A stretch of 57,667 bases of DNA, counting the filler, from Sphacelaria rigidula (Eukaryota): the NCBI GenBank assembly GCA_964200075.2. It is 3 parts of 3 records of this genome, joined end to end, with 100 filler letters (N's around TTAATTAATTAA, not from the genome) between each part and the next. Parts side by side here need not be neighbours in the genome. Positions count along the whole stretch, not along the records: positions 19,258 to 38,412 come from CAXNAA020000722.1; positions 38,513 to 57,667 come from CAXNAA020000723.1; 1 more part is not named here. One strand, given 5' to 3'. Positions 25,401-38,890 of the stretch are shown here, piece after piece. Position 1 is the stretch's first letter; the number at the start of each line of letters is the position of its first letter. The translations under genes were made by a program, and so were the position numbers. Under the pieces are notes generated by a model that saw only the letters and a list, made by a program, of their open reading frames with translations, was not told where the DNA came from and did no database searches.

Positions 25401-26675
25401 TGCGTACATACGGTACATACAATTTTTGTACCAATGATGGTGTTTGTTGACATATTGTTGTGTATTTTCGCAACGAACAAGGCCCTTGGTGCACAGATCC
25501 AGCAGGGTTCCAATGCACCCCACTACCTACCCTGTCACCTACAGCACAAGAATTCGCCGTGCACTCGACTTGTTGTGCGACACCGTCAGCTACAGAACAG
25601 GAATTATGGGCCTCGCAATCCACTTTTTTATTTGTGTGTGTTTGACACCGTTGCACACCTTTGTTTTTCAGCTGGTATGAAAGACTTTTACAAGGAGGGT
25701 GGAAGGTCACAGATACATTTTACGAGGTACTTGCTGTTTATTTTTGCAGAAAACATGGTTCCGTCTCTCTTTTCTCACAACAGAGCTTGCATCATCGGCA
25801 GGTTGGTCTGCACTTCACAGCAATATACAATATACTCACGTCAGGCTCATTCGTTCAACTTGAAGAAATATCGGTGATGAGACTGGAGAAACGTCCGTTT
25901 TCAGGTTGGCCAAGCCTGCGTGGGAAAATAATGTGGGGGAAAAAAACACAGCTTTCTCCCCCCCCCCAACAGCCGCATTTCCGAAGGTCCATCAGAAGCG
26001 TTCAGACAACGTAAGCAACGGAAATTGCCCCAACCATGCATAAGTTGAGACTACTGATACGCGGCGGCCTTGCTACCTCTAGGAGAGGTGATGGACAAAC
26101 AGTAATACGTCCCATGAAACGTGCTTGTGCTATGCCCTCTGTGCTTCGTACAGGCTTATCTGGCACGTGAAACGCATTACGGATGTGTCCGTTGCATCGG
26201 ACCGCTGAGGACCGTATGCCATGCTGGGATGCCAAGCCGGTTTGAGCGCTCAGCTCAAATTCAAAATAGGGCCGCAATCCTAGCCGCTTCTTCACCCGCA
26301 CGGTAGTACAGTACCACAGACGGCATGAAACAACAATACAGCTAACGTTCCTTCGGGACACACCTTCGGGACACAAACGCGATTCATAACCGCAGTGGGT
26401 TGAACCCGTGTAGAGGTCGATACGACCCGAGATAACTAACTCACTGTGTAGTCCAAGATAACGTAGACCACGACAACGACGAGCATGAAGAGAAGGCCGG
26501 CCTTGACAAGCTTCTTCCGCCTGACCTCTTCAGGAGTTTCTTCCACTATCGCGTTTTCTTGCTTGTTGTCGTAGACGGTGGCAAGGTTGACAACATTCTC
26601 AGTGGCGTTCTCTGGCATTGTTGTTCCTGAAGAAGGGCGCTCGCCCCTGCTGTTGCTGATGTTGTTCATGCTCAT
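22452..26675 (-). CDS. TVP38/TMEM64 family (VTT / SNARE-associated Golgi, DedA superfamily) membrane protein
   Basis: Exons 26445-26675, 23906-24121, 23229-23422, 22452-22908, all in consistent phase. Hallmark motifs FIPGSLLTLGAGLVFG, GATIGAILAFLLGRF, LLRLSPVVPFSAFNYVMGVT and GFIPGTVAFVFIG. Confidence 0.92.
24316..24983. mobile_element. Composite foldback/MITE insertion in intron 1 of the TVP38-like gene
   Basis: Inverted arms of ~180 bp at 24413-24595 and 24692-24873, flanked by related small hairpins at 24316-24401 and 24884-24983 (ggtatctcgaactcgaggttcc..gggaacctcgagtttgagatacc). Confidence 0.7.
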
Positions 26676-27699
26676 ATCTTCTGTTATAGGCTGAGGTGTC
26701 GAGTCTTGCACGTGTTGTTGTTGCCGTCACGTGTCACTATGGTCGCTGTGTGTCGATGCTTGTCGTTCGTCGCTGCTGACGGGTTATCCGGCTGGAAGCT
26801 GGTCGCTCTTTCTGGGGCCGTCGCCGTTTATTTACTGCTACTGGTATCTGGCGGCCGGTACCTGCTGTAAGTGTCACTGCAGACAACAGCGGTGTGTGCG
26901 AGCTGTGTGCTCGGTTGCAACACATGCGTTCGCACCAGTTGGTGGGATCTCGGTGTTCGGGAAATCACCGGCTGCCCATGTGTGATCACGCACCACCACA
27001 TCGGGTGATCGGCATTCGGAATAACCAATCAAGCCGATATACAATATATCTCGATTCTTGGTGGGTAACGACCATCTCCCAACATCCCAGCTCCAAAAAC
27101 GCTCAATACAACAGTACTCGATACACGTGGTGTGGGGTCTGTTGTGACCCGTGTAGTAGAGCAATATATAGAAGATGCAAACATATGACATCAGTACCGT
27201 CGCTGCATCTACATATCGACTGCCTAGAATCACCTGTTGTGCGGCGGTCCGTCCTCGGTCGCCCGGTCGACGCCGTCGTATTGTCGCGTTTTCCTTTAGT
27301 TCATTCCGTTCCGAGAATTGCAGGTAGATGATATGAGAGGGAACTCCCCATGAACCGAAACCCAGACTATAATAATCCCAACCTCGTAGAGGTATAAAGA
27401 AAGATAGTTGCGATTTCTATTGCCATGGTTCGTCATCTTTGGTTCTTGCTTTCGGTTCTATTTTCGCTGGGCTACTTGTATCGAGTGGGGACGTTGGGGT
27501 CTATTTTCACGGTAGTTCGAATGATTGGTCGCCTGCGGCACCGCATCTCACGGGGTGCTACTCGTAACATTCTATCGGATGTGTGTCTTGCAATTTTTTC
27601 TGTGTCGGTTTCTAGTTATATTTGATTTCTTCGACGTATAGGCTGAGTGATGACGCGATAGTCCCCTCAAGAAAAGTGGCTGATCCGAGGAAGCAAAAC

Positions 27700-27895
27700 C
27701 CACGTGTGGAACAGAATGACAGAAAGCTGAGCACAGCGAGCAACTGGAAACTCCCCCAGTTGGGGATCGTTTTGGCCAGTGCCATCCATATGATGCGCTG
27801 CTGCACATGCAGTCCGAAACCAGCGATCATGCGCGATATGGCCATCTTCTTCGTAGCAGTTCAAGGGGAGTCTTGTGGAGGGGCGATCGCGGACA
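27700..27895 (-). repeat. Dispersed repeat, copy 2 (homologous to 15130-15310)
   Basis: Reverse-complement similarity seen by eye. Confidence 0.65.
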
Positions 27896-28867
27896 CTCGG
27901 AGATCAGACACTTGAGAGAAAAAAACACGAACGCATCTGATGAGGGGATCCAACCCGGATTTTCTTTCACCCTAACGCCGTCAGTTGTACCATCAGGCCA
28001 CTGGGGCGGGGTAATCACCTTCATGCATATCATGATATATTTGCGTGATGATGCCTCTACTCTGGGTCACTGCAACCCCATGAGAATAAAGTATGTGCGG
28101 ACGGGCAATAATATAATCGAACGACGAATCGTGTTGTGATCCACAATCACCCGTTTTGATAAAATAATGAAAAGAGTAGTTGCATCCATCCGTTCAGTGG
28201 GACATCCTCCAAACATAAATGTGTTGCATTTCCTCAAGAATTTTTGCCCAGCCAGCCAACTTACATCAAAACAGACGATACCCTGCGGAAAGTCACACCC
28301 ACAACCCAGCCCTATATATACTGTAGGTACATCCAAAACGCGCCGACGGGTACCACGCATCCTCTCCTGCCGAATCAACGATTCTTGTTCCTATATCGCC
28401 AGTACGCGGACTAAACGCCTTCTCGAACAAAAAAAACACTCAAAATCTCCACACAACGATAAGGTCCCGAAACACAGAGCATACACCATTACATGTTACC
28501 AAATAACGTTGAAAGGCACTCCACACAACCCTACTCGATTTTTTCTGTCATGCCGAAATGGCGAAGATCAGAGGTACATCGAAACTAACCCAATGACGCA
28601 TATCCTCACCTCAGACCACCCTAACTCACCGCTTTCCTTCTCCTCGTTCACAAGAAACATAAAATGTAGAAACGAGCTAAATGAAACGTCCAAACCCCTT
28701 TAGCACACACCACGACATGCCCATACTTCCCTTTAATTTAGCCCGTGCGCGGGCCAGATTGGAATCTGTAAACCATAGGACAATACACCGAGACGATCAC
28801 CTTAGTATGTATGAACAAAGCATGTTGCATGGGCAGGTACACAAATCACCCCACCCCCCTTACCCCC

Positions 28868-28945
28868 GCGTGCTCCATCCCGGCTTCGCAGGGATGCAAA
28901 GTCAATGGTCATATGACTACGGCATGCAACATGAGTACACCCCCT
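28868..28945 (+). repeat. Short (~80 bp) dispersed repeat family, representative copy
   Basis: Consensus gtgctccgtcccg..gggatgc..gtcaatggtcaWatgacta..atgagta..cccc. Other copies at ~34432-34467(-), 39035-39112(-), 39190-39230(-), 43203-43285(+), 47115-47200(+) and 50903-50990(+). Confidence 0.75.
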
Positions 28946-29899
28946 CCCCCCTCCATCGGATGCACGTCTGACATCAGAATGGCACTGACGCACCCTCAAA
29001 TTCCCACCAACCCACCGACCAACACACACTTTCTTCTTCCGTCAAGTCTTCTCTGAACAGGGCTCGACTGCGCAAGCACGGGGTTACCCGTGCAGCCTTT
29101 GCGAACGATAAACTGAACATCAAAAATAAGCCAGATCGAGACCCTCGATGCGTCCCCGTGCGCCCCCCACTGGCCGGGGCACCACCCCCCATCGCGGGAA
29201 TAAATCAATCAAGTATCCATGTTTCGCCTACCGTCAAGTTGCCGATGCGAGACTGGTATACAAAATGAATCCGACGAAAAAGCGAGAAGGGCAGAAAAAA
29301 GAAGTGTAGGTTTTGGCAAAATGCCGTACTTTGCTTCAATAAAATATCGATGATATCATCTACTGGAACACACACACACACACACGAAAATCACGAGCAC
29401 ACGCACACACAGAGATACGCAGACTTCACGACCCTACTCGGTATGTAACAGGATACGGCACATGCGTACGTACATACGTGACACATGGGGACATCTCCCC
29501 CCCCCCCCCCCCCCCCCCCCACACCCCCCCCCCCCACCCCTCACCCCCCCCCCCACCCNNNNNNNNNNCCCCCCCCCGCTATCCAACAGCGCCCCGCTCA
29601 CCGCTCTCCAAACCCCGGCCCAATGCGGACCCCCCCCCCCCCCCCCCCCCATTTCACAACCCGTATCCACCTTGTTACCCCCACTCGCCCACCCATTCAA
29701 CCAGCCAAACCTTCCGCACAGAGACAACAGATAACGTAAATGGTCAGATCTATAGAAACACCATGCCGTGACATCCCTAAACAACAGTAAAAAAACATGT
29801 TTTAAAACGATGGAGTATTCAAATGAAGCCCCCTTCCCTTTACCCCCGCTACCCTCCCCCTCGTCTCCCTTCACTTCTCACGGAAAAACAAAGCTGTCA

Positions 29900-32800
29900 T
29901 CAAGCTTTACACGGCTCGGCTTGCTGAGGCCCGAGGGGAGGGTCAGGTTGACCAAGAATTCGACACGGACGGACGGATGCAGGCAGGTGGGCAGGCAGGC
30001 AGGCGTGGGTGGGGCGACGAGTTGAGGATGATGTCAGCGACGAGAAGCAAGTTTCATCGTTGACATGCCAGACAGACGACATGCGCGCGGAAGATGCAAC
30101 GAAGGGGTCTTCCCTGCCGAAAATCCCGACACAGGGGCGAGGCAGCTTCAACTAGTCGACAAAAAACTAAACGCGACATGTGCCATTTCATTCACTGTAC
30201 TGCAACACATTTCTGGGGGGGGGGGGGGGGGGAAAGCCGTCAATGGAGGGTTTACGNNNNNNNNNNCCAACAAACAACAACAAAAAACAACGGACGGCCG
30301 CTTGTTATTAGTTACGGATCGCTGTCGGGCGGGGGGGGGGGGGGGGGGGGGGGGAGAAACGCGTCAATGCAGGTGTCATCGCTATGAGCAGAACAAATGC
30401 CCCAGTCCAACACCAACTGAAACAACCCGGACATCACCATATCACTACAAGATTACGACGATAAAAAAAAATACCAGTAGTACGTGGGCCTTTTGCTGTT
30501 GCATTGACATCGCGAACTCTCATCAAGATATAGGTAAGAGGGTATAGGTGGCGACAAACGTCCCACGAAACAGAGACGAAACCGGTGCCCAAAATACGCC
30601 CGTCTCTCGGGAAGCAGGTCGTATGTAGTCGACACTGCCTGTGCGAAATCGCGTGGGTCATGCATACCAGAAGGTTCCCGCATCCATTTGTCCAAGCTTG
30701 AAATGAGCGTGAAACTGAACGCAACACTTTTTGTAACATTACTCTCAGGCAAAAATAGCCGTAATCGTAGAGCAAAGTGTACCAACGAAACACATCCTCC
30801 CCCCGCCATTCTCTCCCCGTTCTCTCACCCCCCTTCAACGTGTGACCAACTCACCCTGTGGAAGACGTGTCTTCCCACGTGGTGCACTCCACTATACCGG
30901 GAGAGCAGAGATGTAAGGAGATGCACTCCTCCGTCTTGCTAGCGTTGCCCATCTTGTGGTAGCCCATCTCGTCGTCCATGTACGTAACAGTCCCGGCACC
31001 GTAGGTCACGTGCGACGTTTCGATGAGTCCTGCACCAGGATCCGCGTTTGCATACCGCGTCTCGGACACTTGTCCTCGAAGCACCTGAAGACAATTTTAC
31101 ACGATTTTTCCGGGCATGTCCGGGTGCGGAAAGTGAAAACGAAAAGATACAAAACAAATCAAATGAATTAAAATTACTGCGTGCACAAAGAAGAAAAAAA
31201 ATGAAAATGATTGAAGTAAAAACAAGACAGGGCAAAACAAAGGGTAAAAAGGAATCGTTCGATGTTGGGGGTAGGAGTTCCTACATCACGCGTTGCCGAA
31301 TATTACAATGTTCATGTTATGTAGGGTAGGTAGTTACCCCGAAGTGTTATTTTTTGGTTGGCATCATACCATCAACCAACCATGCCGAAATGTGTACCGA
31401 ACATCGCAGCATAGTTCGACAAGAGTGTCGAGCCCTGTTCCGAACACTCCGGTATGATGCGGAAGGGCCGACAAGAAATGTCTTTTTATTCTTCTGCAAA
31501 TGCCCGAAATTCAGCCAGTATACCCCACGGAACACAACCTCCGCATCATATAGTACTTGTTCAGCTTGGTACCGCTCCTTTTCTCTCAACTTCAAGTACC
31601 CTCCCCCCCTCCCCCCTCCCTCCTAGGGACGAGTTCTTGGTCTGAATCGATCATTCCATCGTATCCCTTGTATACGCCTGCGTACATTTCGATATTGCGG
31701 AGTGGATCAGCATCCTGTCACCACGTCAACTGTCGTCCAACACACTCACTCAAACATACCCTTGTTGCTTTTGATCTCGTCACATCCAACGACGGCCGCA
31801 TTTTTTCTCAGCGTAATGGTGTCAGTTGGACCATAACACGTTCGGGTCTCGACTGACAAGAGTGGAAAATGACCTCTCGTTGACGGTACATAAAATGAAC
31901 GGCTTTTTGTCGGGCAAAATGTATAGGCCGAGATTCCACGCCAAGTCTGAGAATCTGGCAACGTCACTTTTCAAAAGCAAAATTGTGCCAATCGGAGAAG
32001 AAATCACGTCCATTCGAAAGACTACGCATTTACTGGTTCCGGCACTGCTGCTTGAAAAACAAAATCCATCATCGGCTGTGTGTTGTATGTGTATTGTCGT
32101 CATATCTATTCTGGACGCCGGTCTACACCTTTCGGTGGGTGTGGGCGCACCAGCCGGGGTCGCACAGAAGGAAGGCCAACACAGGAGCTTTTTTCTTTTT
32201 CATTTGTTTTCAATACCCCACCTTCCTTTTGCGGTGCTAGCCTTTATTTTTTATCGCGAGAGGGGATCAGCAGTCCCTTTTCCTCGTCGACCGTTAAGTC
32301 GAGTCGGCTGCCTAGAATGTACAAAAATAATAAATAATTTTGGAAAAGATAAATTATATAAACAAATAATAAAAGGAATTTAAAAGGTATGAACAAAAAT
32401 GGAAAAAAGAGGTATCCCGTCCTCTACAGATACTTCTGGTTTCTTGAGGGCCAATTTTGACGAGATGATAGAGAGCTGATGGGCAACCAATATGAGGTAC
32501 ATAAAAACAGGGAAAACCCCCCGTTAGAATCACTATTTTTCTCACGGAACGTTCTCACTCTCCCTGTCTCGTTAAAACGTGGCCCAACGTTTCTTCACGT
32601 GGTCATCTCCCTCGACAATCCACCAGTGGCGCTGGTACGCAACTCAGTACGGTGTGATACGGCGGGGTTGTAACTGACTGCCTGTTACTATAAAAAATTG
32701 TCCTGCTTTGAATATCGAATGAGCCTGTGGTGGTTGCTCACCTTGACCCAGCAGCCCGAACCGGCGTGATCGTGGATGGGAGACATGGCGCCCGGCTTCC

Positions 32801-35800
32801 AGCAGAGCAACAACAGGTCGAAGCCGTTGGCTGCAGAGGGATGGAGGGATGGCGACCCTTCATGTCGAGCAAGCAGTGTTCGTGTGAATGGCTCACGGGA
32901 TCCATCTGCGAGGCACACGGCCACAAACAGAAATCGTGCGGATACTTCGAGTGATCAGCGAGGAAAGGGTCGGACAAATCAACGATTCGTCTGGAAGTTA
33001 CGTGGTTTTAGTGCATTTGATTCGAATCGTACCGATCAATCCCTGGGCTTTGTTTTCAGCGTTACAACCCAGGTACACGCAGACCNNNNNNNNNNGGGGA
33101 ATCAGGCCGAAGAAATCGTGGATTTGGTGATTCGAACCCGTGATGATTCGTCCTAACCGTGCAGCCTTGCAAGCAATGACGACGCTCCGCTCAGTGTATA
33201 TATAAGCATGGTCTTGTATCTCTCATTAATGAATGAAATAGTTGATGTGTATTTATTTCGGTCTAATCGTAGACGAACGAGCTGACATTTCGTGTATACA
33301 TGAGGGATGGGCGTTTGATATTTGATTGGGGCAGATGGGCTACTGGGACGGGTTTTTGATTGTTTTGAGGGCCTTTGGCCACGAGCAGACAATGTGGTCG
33401 TAGTCCCTATATCGGGATGACTTGTCTTGAGGTGAGTACGGCACAAGCGCAAGGCCGAGATAATCGATAAGAGACGCGAATGGCGAGTGCCGGACTAGGG
33501 CGTTCGGCTTTGCGTCAGACGCCATCGTAGTGAACACAAACGCGCGTGTGATCAATCTCCACCAACTTCATTTCAACAACACCGGACCAAAGCATCAACG
33601 ACCCGGGCGTGGAAAAAACGGCAAGAACAAGGCGTCGGCACGCAGTGCTGGATGCACACCGTTGCAAGCTTTATGTGTGTGTTTGCTGTTTCGCCTTGCG
33701 TAAGAATAACGCGCTGTCCGCTGCTGCCACACTCCTGCTGGTGCTGTGTTGGGGGCCTGGAACGTAGTTCTGTGTTGTGTTCGGTGTACTATACTGTACC
33801 ATCTATGAAACTGTATTGCGTTGGTACGCGCTACGAGATTCGACCGTAGGAACACTGGATAGGTTTTAGACTACTATACTCGTCGAGCGATTCCCAAGCG
33901 AAATGGAGCGCTCTGATTGGTGATTACCAAGCGAATGTATCCCGCTCCAAATGCCGCAAGTGTCTATTTTGACACTTGGGGCCATTATTACAGGCTTATT
34001 TTTTATACCCTTGATTCACTTGTGTTCGTCACAAACGGATGACAAATTGACCAAAAATAAAGCCCCATTGAGGGCACTTTCCGCATGACGGTGAAAACAT
34101 GGCAAGGCGGGTATTATTGCCATCCCGGAATTACGCACGACGTACACCTGATTGTGCGATCTCAAGACACTTTTAACGATAGCTCCCTTAAAAAAAGGGG
34201 CTGGTTTGGGGAGGCAAAGTCTACACGGGAGTCGAAATGAAAAAAGCCGAGCACAACGAGCAGCTAGGAATTCCCACGCTCGGGTTCGTTTTCCGCGATG
34301 TCGCCCATATGAGGCTCTTCACGCAGCCTGAAACAAAACATCAGGCGTTGTACGACAATTTTCTTCGCAACAGTTTTGGGCTAGTTTTGAGGGGGTGTAC
34401 TCATGATCATGCTTGCCTTAGAAGAACATCGACATCGCATCCCTACAAAGCCGGGACGGAGCACGCTCTTTTTGGGGGGGTGGAGGGGGGGAGGGACTAT
34501 CGTAGAAAGACCCCAAGACATGAAATCCAGCACACCACTTCCACTACTATTCTCGGTGCACGCAGTCTGACTTTTGGCTGAAATAAATAATAACACATTC
34601 GCGTGTAATTCATAACAGCCCTTGGAAGATGAATCTGGAAGATGAATCTCCAGCTTCACGAAAGTGGTCGCTTTTCTCGCGCGCGCAAAAAAACGCTGCC
34701 CAAAAGAGTCTCGTTATCCAAGATCTTTCATGCCAACAAGAAGTGGTCTCGTTATCCGATGCTGCCGTGACCTTATTATAATACAAGCGATTCACAACGT
34801 ACACATCACAAGAAGCAAAGGAGGACGCACAGCGGTGCGTGCGGGCACCAGCGCGGGAATACGTTTTTTTTCGTCGTGTACGTGTGCTCACCTGTTGGGC
34901 GCTTGAGAGCGGGGGCCCACGTCTCAAACTTTGGTGTTTGCAGCCGCCTGATGAAGCGCGCCGCGACGAAAATTGGAGCATGCGCGAGAGAGTAGAAGAG
35001 AGCGGAGGGCTGGTGATCAAACGCAAAAACAAATCCCGTTGACGCAGTTGAGTTTTGAAGTTGTGGTACGTTTTTGGGACGTACTTTATTTCGACGAACG
35101 GGTATACTTCATGTTTCAGGAGAGACTTGATAATTCATGACAACGTCTAATTTATCCAGTTTGTCTGCTGGGCCATTGGTGTCCCGTGACTCCGTGACAC
35201 TACTCGTCGTTACACTGCGGTGTAGCTCTCGACATCATGCAACGGCGGCGAATACCGTGCGCGAGCTCGCTGTCCCGTTTTTATTTTTGTGGCCCATTGT
35301 CCAATGCGCCGCGCGGCCCTCGACAGAGGTTATATGTCAAGTTGAACATAGGTATGGAATGCCGGCCCCATTTTTGGGGAACGGAAACCGCAACACGGAT
35401 GCTTCTAGTGGTGAGAGTCTGCATGAGACTACAGTTGAATTTGAACCTTCATATTGCACCGCGTTTGGGAGCGAGCTGCAAGGTTGAGGGAGGGGAAAGA
35501 GAAGAGTCGGTGCGACTGGCTCCTGCGATCTGTCCACCACTACTACCGTAGTGTGTACTGCGCGATGGGTGGTACACTAGGGTTTCTGTTTCATGCTTTA
35601 CTATTATACTGCATTTACCTTGTCACCCCAACACTTGCAAAGCGCTGTGGGTCACCTACACCCCTTACGGGCTCGCGACTCCTCACGTCACCACAGGGCC
35701 GACGTGGTAAAAACAGATGATATTCACCGTTCGGACAGACTATACACAAAAGACGACCCAACCATTTTCCTTGGAGCAGTCGAAAACAAGATAATGTAGT

Positions 35801-37239
35801 GTTTTCAACAATGCTCTTGTCTGCATGGTATAACCCCGCGCCATTGGCTTCATGGTGTTAGCTCGCGGTCAACCCAACCAGCGCTGTTGACTACTGTACT
35901 GCTTGTGCTGTCGAGCTGGTGTTGTCAGCTGGGATAGTCTGAACGCCGCGAAAATACCGACCCAAAGCGGATAAACATGGACGGGTACGTTCGGGCCGGG
36001 CAGGGTGAACCAAACACCAACTGAAACCGCCAACGACAAATATTTCCGGAAAATTGTCCGATTGTCACACTTTATTAGGGGTGAATCACTCTGAGGATGT
36101 CAGCTTATCGCCCGCACCCAACTTACCCCGCCTGCCTGCACTGCAGGACTGTACTCTGCGCAACAAACTTGTGATTTTGTCTAGTCCAAAACTAGGGAGC
36201 CTGCATAGGAAATGTCAACACAAGCACCCAAAGCTCCGATGACCCTGTATTTCACAAGTTGCGTCATTTCAAGCAAGTTCTGCACGAAAGTCTATGGGCG
36301 GGGGCACGGCAGGCGGATGGAAGCAGGGCGGGGCGCACAACAACACGTTTAAAAAAAGACATGATGGGAAGAGAGAAACGAGTATCCTTGTGTGCAGGGG
36401 ATATGTTGTTTTCGATGGTTGTAATGAGAAAGTTGTAGTACGCTCTGTAGATACTTCTGTAGTTGTAGTGGGAGGGTGCCCGTGTGCCCTTTAATAAATT
36501 CAAGCTAGAGTTCAAAGCGAAATCTCTTGCCACCCGTACTACATCGAGGCCGGGTCGGGTGTCCAAGTCAACACTGACTGACTATAAGCGGCTCGAACGT
36601 TAACTAATTTCGAAAGCAGATGGCAGATGCAGACCGCCCTCCAACCGGAACAATCTACAACATTCACAGACAACGAAGGTAAACTCATGACAACTTTCAA
36701 CTTTTCCACAACATGATTTCCCGAACACCCAAGGTTGTGGCAGCAACTCACCGTAGCAGACTCTGAACCCTAAACCTCCTCCTGAAAGGCATGGCATTGT
36801 ATTGCCACAGCTCATTCTTGACTTCCTCCATGAAGTCTCCGAGTCGCAAATCGCCGGACTCCATGCCTAGCATACCCCCAATGGGGGGTTCCGCGGCTGC
36901 CGTGTTGGGCTGGTCGAGTTTAGCCGCATCTGCCTCATACATGCCAGTCCCAGCACCCCCATGACGAGTCCTCACATCGGTGACAACATCACCACCAAAG
37001 CTAGACGAACTAGCCGCCGCCGTCACCGCCGCATGGCTTGGCGCTACATGCGCGGCCTTACCACTAGCCTTCTCGGGCACCGCAGATAGATCATGATGCG
37101 GTAAGAATGCACGGTGTTGATGCTGGCGCTCGTAGGCATGAGATGATAGCCTGGCAGCTGTCGGCGCCGCTGGACGAGGACCGCGCGGCCGGATAATTTG
37201 GCGCAATGTAAGTCTTGCGACAGACGCAGGCGCCATCAT
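29900..37239 (-). CDS. Cysteine dioxygenase (thiol dioxygenase, cupin) family protein with N-terminal extension
   Basis: Exons 36752-37239, 34892-34947, 32742-32905, 30855-31084 and a tentative last exon 29900-30113, all in consistent phase. CDO motifs: FTRTLL (canonical YTRNLV), LLLLCWKPGAMSPIHDHAGSGCWVKVLRG, YMDDEMGYHKMGN, ISLHLCSPG (canonical VSLHLYSPP). The three His metal ligands are present. Confidence 0.88.
32095..32300 (-). mobile_element. SINE family A, 5'-truncated copy (CDO intron)
   Basis: atctattctggacgccggtctacacctttcgg..caccagccggggtcgcacagaaggaagg..tttatcgcgag..cctcgtcgacc matches 20551-20760. Confidence 0.75.
33003..33155. repeat. Dispersed repeat with homologues at 38513-38570 and 48895-48950 (inverted)
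   Basis: tggttttagtg..caatccctgggctttgttttcag is the reverse complement of 38513-38570. aatcaggccgaagaaatcgtggatttggtgattcgaacc is the reverse complement of 48895-48950. Confidence 0.65.
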
Positions 37240-38412
37240 GTTTCAAGTGCTGTACAGTGCTCCACCGTTGTGCTGGGGCCGGTTGGGGAATGCTGGCTGG
37301 AGGGTGTGTATGGGAGGAGGCGGATGGGAGATGGGAAGCAAGATGATATGATGCACCGTGTATTTTTTGTTTCTTTTTTGGGATGGCAAAATTCAATACT
37401 TGCAGTTTTAAGTAATGCGAAGAGGCGTTTTTCAAGGGCTCGTCATCATGGAGCCGTTATGCCACGATGATGATGCTACAACCGGCGGTTGGTGGGGGCG
37501 GGGATTATTTTCTGCTGTGCGTGCGATAGACACTATACTGCACAAAGAGCACACTGAACGCTTTGACCGTCTGGGTATATCATCTGGAAACTGTATTCGT
37601 CCGCCTCTGTATTCGTCCGTCTCGGGTTCGACAGTAGTAGTAGTAATAGTACAGTTGTTACATGCATCGAAAAAAAGACAACAAATGCAACTCATTTTTT
37701 TAAATAATGTGACGTATATATTTTTCATTCTATATCTTACTTTTTCAAGGTTTTCACGTGCGGGGAAGCAAAGCTGTCACGTGATGACCCTCTTTGGAAT
37801 GAGCATGGGTCTTTACGTGACTCGGACTGACACGCTCTGGAATGAGTGGCGAGCACAAGGCGAAATGATCATGAGAGCTCTCATCACATGATCAACATTG
37901 ATTCAAGCTTTGGGAACACACAACAAAGCACAAAAATTCTCACATGACTCCGTAGTTTCGGAATTGTTCTGAAACCCTGCGCCCTCCGACGTTCACCCGA
38001 GACCGAGAGAGTATTTAATTCTTTACCTGGTACACTACTTGTTTATAGACGCGAGATTCACGGTATAGTTCAGCAGTAATGTACAGATAAATATATCGGG
38101 AACCTTGAGTTTGATGTACTGTACCCCTAATAATAATGGAACAGAAGTTAACCTTATTGTTCATTTTGACGGATCCGAGGGAACCACAAGTAGGATACTA
38201 CTGTGATTATTGTACGAATACGAACACTTCTTGAGGGGAGTCAATACATTTGTGTTGCCTGCTGGTGAGTTTCGCAACATTCTACATGATATTATCGTGT
38301 ACCTAGCAGGGAGGCTTTTTTTTTCGCGGGGGGGGGGGCGTTTTCCATCGAACAAAGGCAACATTTTGCGACGCTCCTGGTGTTCATAATATGTTCTTCG
38401 AACGATATAACT

Positions 38413-38512
38413 NNNNNNNNNNNNNNNNNNNNNNNNNNNNNNNNNNNNNNNNNNNNTTAATTAATTAANNNNNNNNNNNNNNNNNNNNNNNNNNNNNNNN
38501 NNNNNNNNNNNN
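38413..38512. other. Artificial scaffold linker (N44-TTAATTAATTAA-N44)
   Basis: Same structure as 19158-19257. Confidence 0.97.
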
Positions 38513-38890
38513 CTGAAAACAAAGCCTAGGGATTGATTCGCACGAGTCGAATCAGCTACACTAAAACCAAATAATTTCCAGACGACTCATTATTTGTCCG
38601 ACCGGTCCAAACTTTGTACATGGAATTCGGAGTAGGTTGTGTCTCCCACAGCACAATGAACCGTATACCCCATGACGCCGGTAAAATTGATACATGTACT
38701 TTACTGTATTAGATTGCCGAAGCCCCCTGTCTCTCTGCCCAGAGGAAGGAGTATAACGAACCCCTCCTGATGCGTCCGTGGTGTGAAATGAGGGCTCTGC
38801 CACTACCACGAGGAGCACCTCATTTTTCCTCTGCCGACTGAAGTTGCTAATCTTGGTGCCATTGCCGTTGCGGCCGTCCTCGTATGACAG

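Noticed and set aside
29478-29771. Poly-Pro/poly-Gly ORFs
   Set aside because: Translations of poly-C/G tracts beside an assembly gap.
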